From IMG/VR virus record IMGVR_UViG_3300043447_000220, positions 1 to 39,501 of that record: a stretch of DNA of 39,501 nt; one strand, written 5' to 3'. Every line of letters begins with the position of its first letter. Position 1 is the stretch's first letter. The stretch comes from a virus. Its lineage: Duplodnaviria; Caudoviricetes. The translations under genes were made by a program, and so were the position numbers. Positions 37,611-39,501 of the stretch are shown piece after piece. Under the pieces are notes generated by a model. It was not told the DNA's origin, did not search any database, and saw only the letters and a program-made list of their open reading frames with translations.

Positions 37611-37882
37611 TTTGTTTCCTCAGAAGTGAGTTGTTTCTCGATAGCAGCACGTTTGGCTGCGCGTTTGGCAGCTTCGTAGCTGTCGTCGAGAGCAGCTTTG
37701 AAGCTCGACACTTGCAGTGGTTCGTCTTTGGAATAGAAGAACGACTTGCCGTCGTCGTAGTGATAGTCAACCGCAGCTAACTCTGAAGCCATGCCGATGA
37801 AGGCGCGGGTGTCGTCAAGTGTCCAGTGCGAAGGCACTTTGAACTTGGTGTAGCCGATAGAAACAACGATGGATTTGGTCAT
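37607..37882 (-). CDS. Early hypothetical protein (91 aa)
   Basis: AAGGAG RBS. Confidence 0.7.
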   Translation of the reverse strand: MTKSIVVSIGYTKFKVPSHWTLDDTRAFIGMASELAAVDYHYDDGKSFFYSKDEPLQVSSFKAALDDSYEAAKRAAKRAAIEKQLTSEETK

Positions 37883-37886
37883 GGTA

Positions 37887-38057
37887 TTACTCCTTGAAAA
37901 GACCGACGAGCGCTGCTGAGGAAAGAATGCACGAGATGGCAGCGAAGAGCATCAAGGCATTACGATACGGGTTGAAGCCCGTGATCATATCGGTTGCGAA
38001 CCAGAGTCCTGCGATAAACAAGACGACGGCGAGTAAGTCTTTGAGGCGTGTGAACAT
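37887..38057 (-). CDS. Early two-TM membrane protein (56 aa, below the ORF-track cutoff)
   Basis: AGGAG-CTACTATC-ATG; MFTRLKDLLAVVLFIAGLWFATDMITGFNPYRNALMLFAAISCILSSAALVGLFKE. Confidence 0.7.
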   Translation of the reverse strand: MFTRLKDLLAVVLFIAGLWFATDMITGFNPYRNALMLFAAISCILSSAALVGLFKE

Positions 38058-38075
38058 GATAGTAGCTCCTATGGG

Positions 38076-38096
38076 AAAAAAGGCTCAGAGAGCCTT
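38076..38096 (-). terminator. Intrinsic terminator after the first early gene
   Basis: Minus strand AAGGCTC-TCT-GAGCCTT-TTTT; contains the stop codon of the 87-aa gene. Confidence 0.6.
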
Positions 38097-38348
38097 GGAT
38101 GCTGCGCGGTACAGCTTACGCAATGTGTCGCGTTGGGCGATTGCCTCGTCGAGGATCGATTGGAGGTTAGCCACGTAGTCATCGTTCATGTCACGCTCGA
38201 TAGCGGTGTTGAGTTTCTCTTCGAACTCGAACACACGCTCGGCAGATTTCTTGCCCCAGAATTCACAATTTTTCAAAAAGCCAGTGAGCATCACCTTCTT
38301 GGTGAAGTCGTCAGCGCCGTCGATGATAGTCAGGATGTCTTGGTTCAT
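38085..38348 (-). CDS. First early gene, helical hypothetical protein (87 aa)
   Basis: CGGAG RBS, ATG start, own terminator; its 5' end is the target of the long inverted repeat. Confidence 0.75.
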   Translation of the reverse strand: MNQDILTIIDGADDFTKKVMLTGFLKNCEFWGKKSAERVFEFEEKLNTAIERDMNDDYVANLQSILDEAIAQRDTLRKLYRAASKAL

Positions 38349-38654
38349 TTGGAATCTCCGTGTTGGTTAATGTGCCGCGTAGCGGTGGATACCAACTAAA
38401 AACTGAGACAAGCACGGAGCGCAGCGGAGAACAAAAAAGTTTATGAGTAGAGGAGGAGCGAAGCGACGAGCAACGGAAAGTGGAGCGTAGCGGAACGGTA
38501 AAGTTTTTTGTGGTGCTTGGCTTAGTTTTAACGGAGCGCAGCGGAGTGATAGTTGGTATACAGTTTACCACATTAGCCAACACGGAGATTCCATATTAGG
38601 TGAACCAAGACATCCTGACTGTCCGCGCTGATGACTTCGCCAAGAAGGTGTTGC
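38288..38654 (+). promoter_or_regulatory. Long nested imperfect inverted repeat; candidate Frpo-like single-stranded DNA promoter
   Basis: Arms 38288-38374 and 38569-38654; inner stems 38389-38415 with 38513-38559 and 38431-38444 with 38498-38511; GCGNAGC mini-hairpins at the junctions. Confidence 0.6.
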
Positions 38655-39149
38655 GGTGGTCGCACGGCGCAGCGCGTTAGGGATTGAAACCCGAAGGGCT
38701 GAGACACCGTAGGTGGCTCGGTGCGTAGCATGAAAGCCCGACCAAGCGCCGAAGTCATAGCGCCCTAGGCGCATGGCTGAGACCGCGCAGGGAACGCCCA
38801 AAAGAGACAGATGATAGTTGTGGTGTCGGGATGTGTGCAGGAGCGCATAGAGTGAGCATAGAGGCACACTTGAGGTCAGCTTGAGGGTAAGCCAAGGGTG
38901 TGCACGTACAGTGGCGTATTGAGGCTGTGTTTGAGGTTAGTACTTAATGGTATGTCAACGACATCAATGTCGTCGAGTTGAGGATGACTTGAGGTGATAG
39001 TTGAGGATGACCTGAGGTGTACTGAGGTGTGAGCGAAAAAATTGATGGGAAGACAAAGAGACACGAACACTGCGGTGAGCGCGTAGACACTTTAGGAACA
39101 CCTTAGGTATCCTGCGGATGAGATTCACAATCCGATGCGAGGCTATATA

Positions 39150-39191
39150 AATCAATGACTTACGAGTACCTGTGGCGTAGCTTGTGGCATG
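39150..39191 (+). promoter_or_regulatory. IHF consensus site plus second arm-type repeat pair
   Basis: AATCAATGACTTA (perfect WATCAAnnnnTTR) at 39150-39162; TGTGGCGTAGCTTGTGGCATG at 39171-39191, 17/21 identical to the reverse complement of 33083-33103. Confidence 0.65.
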
Positions 39192-39332
39192 ACTAGGGTG
39201 TGTGGAGGTCGGCGAGAGGGAAAGCCCAACGGCATATGGGGGGAAGTTGCGTCCCCGCAATCCGAGGAGGGATTTCATATTTTTGCACCAAATATCGACA
39301 CCCCAGTACACCTGAGGAACACCTGAGGTCTG

Positions 39333-39351
39333 CAATTTGTCAGCGTTATCG
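39333..39351 (+). promoter_or_regulatory. Oppositely oriented partial copy of the conserved motif (CAATTTGTCAGCGTTATCG)
   Basis: 17/19 match to minus-strand CAATTGATCAGCGTTATCG upstream of the RNAP gene; followed by TAGGGAGGG. Confidence 0.55.
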
Positions 39352-39501
39352 TAGGGAGGGGGATACTTAAAGGTATCTAAAGGACAACCTAAAGTGAACC
39401 TATAGGTGTCTATAGTATGTACTGTAAGATAGACGTAGTAGGAGTATCCTATATATCTATTCTATGTAAGTCATCTATAGACACCCTATAGGTAAGCTTT
39501 A

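Larger units (their letters stand above)
38860..39501. repeat. Terminal-region short repeats (CCTGAGG / CTTGAGG / CCTTAGG / CCTAAAG / CCTATAGG family)
   Basis: Many degenerate heptamer copies; tandem AGTTGAGGATGACYTGAGGTG at 38976-38996 and 38999-39019; ACACCTGAGG twice at 39308-39328. Resembles the CCTAAAG arrays beside T7 terminal repeats. Confidence 0.65.

Noticed and set aside
38410-38550. CRISPR mini-array made of GGAGCGNAGCG repeats
   Set aside because: Repeats are only ~11-15 nt with irregular spacing, and the intervening sequences pair with each other.
38288-38654. Diversity-generating retroelement TR/VR pair, since many differences fall at adenines
   Set aside because: The copies are inverted, include indels and a C>T change, cover a gene start rather than a C-terminal variable region, and no reverse transcriptase is in the window.
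38311-39335. ORF-track entries in the terminal region (38311-38583, 38565-38867, 38876-39070, 38964-39335)
   Set aside because: No clear RBS; they overlay the inverted repeat and short-repeat arrays, and their peptide similarity simply reflects the repeat.

Overview
Most of the genome of a T7-like (Autographiviridae-type) podophage, with every credible gene on the minus strand. Read from right to left it contains: a terminal short-repeat region; small early genes including a Gp88-like protein; a MarR-like regulator; a tyrosine integrase; a complete tRNA-Leu(CAA) at the expected attP position; single-subunit RNA polymerase; ThyX; SSB; endonuclease I; an amidase lysin; primase/helicase; DNA polymerase A; exonuclease; two nucleotide pyrophosphohydrolases; class Ia ribonucleotide reductase; an atypical tRNA-Trp; the head and tail module; a short tail-fibre adaptor; and two tandem RCC1/BLIP-II-repeat putative receptor-binding proteins, the second truncated by the window edge. 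Terminase and holin are not in the window. The most unusual feature is non-coding. The plus (template) strand at 38288-38765 can fold into a ~370-nt rod studded with C(GNA)G mini-hairpins. Only when folded does it assemble a sigma70-like -35/-10 promoter in front of the first early gene, an architecture like the Frpo single-stranded-DNA promoters of conjugative elements. Also notable are two inverted cassettes (GCCAC-N7-GCCAC + IHF site + conserved motif + AT-rich tract) flanking the early region, and an ACTATCA motif shared by many early start codons. All calls are by eye; no database searches were run.
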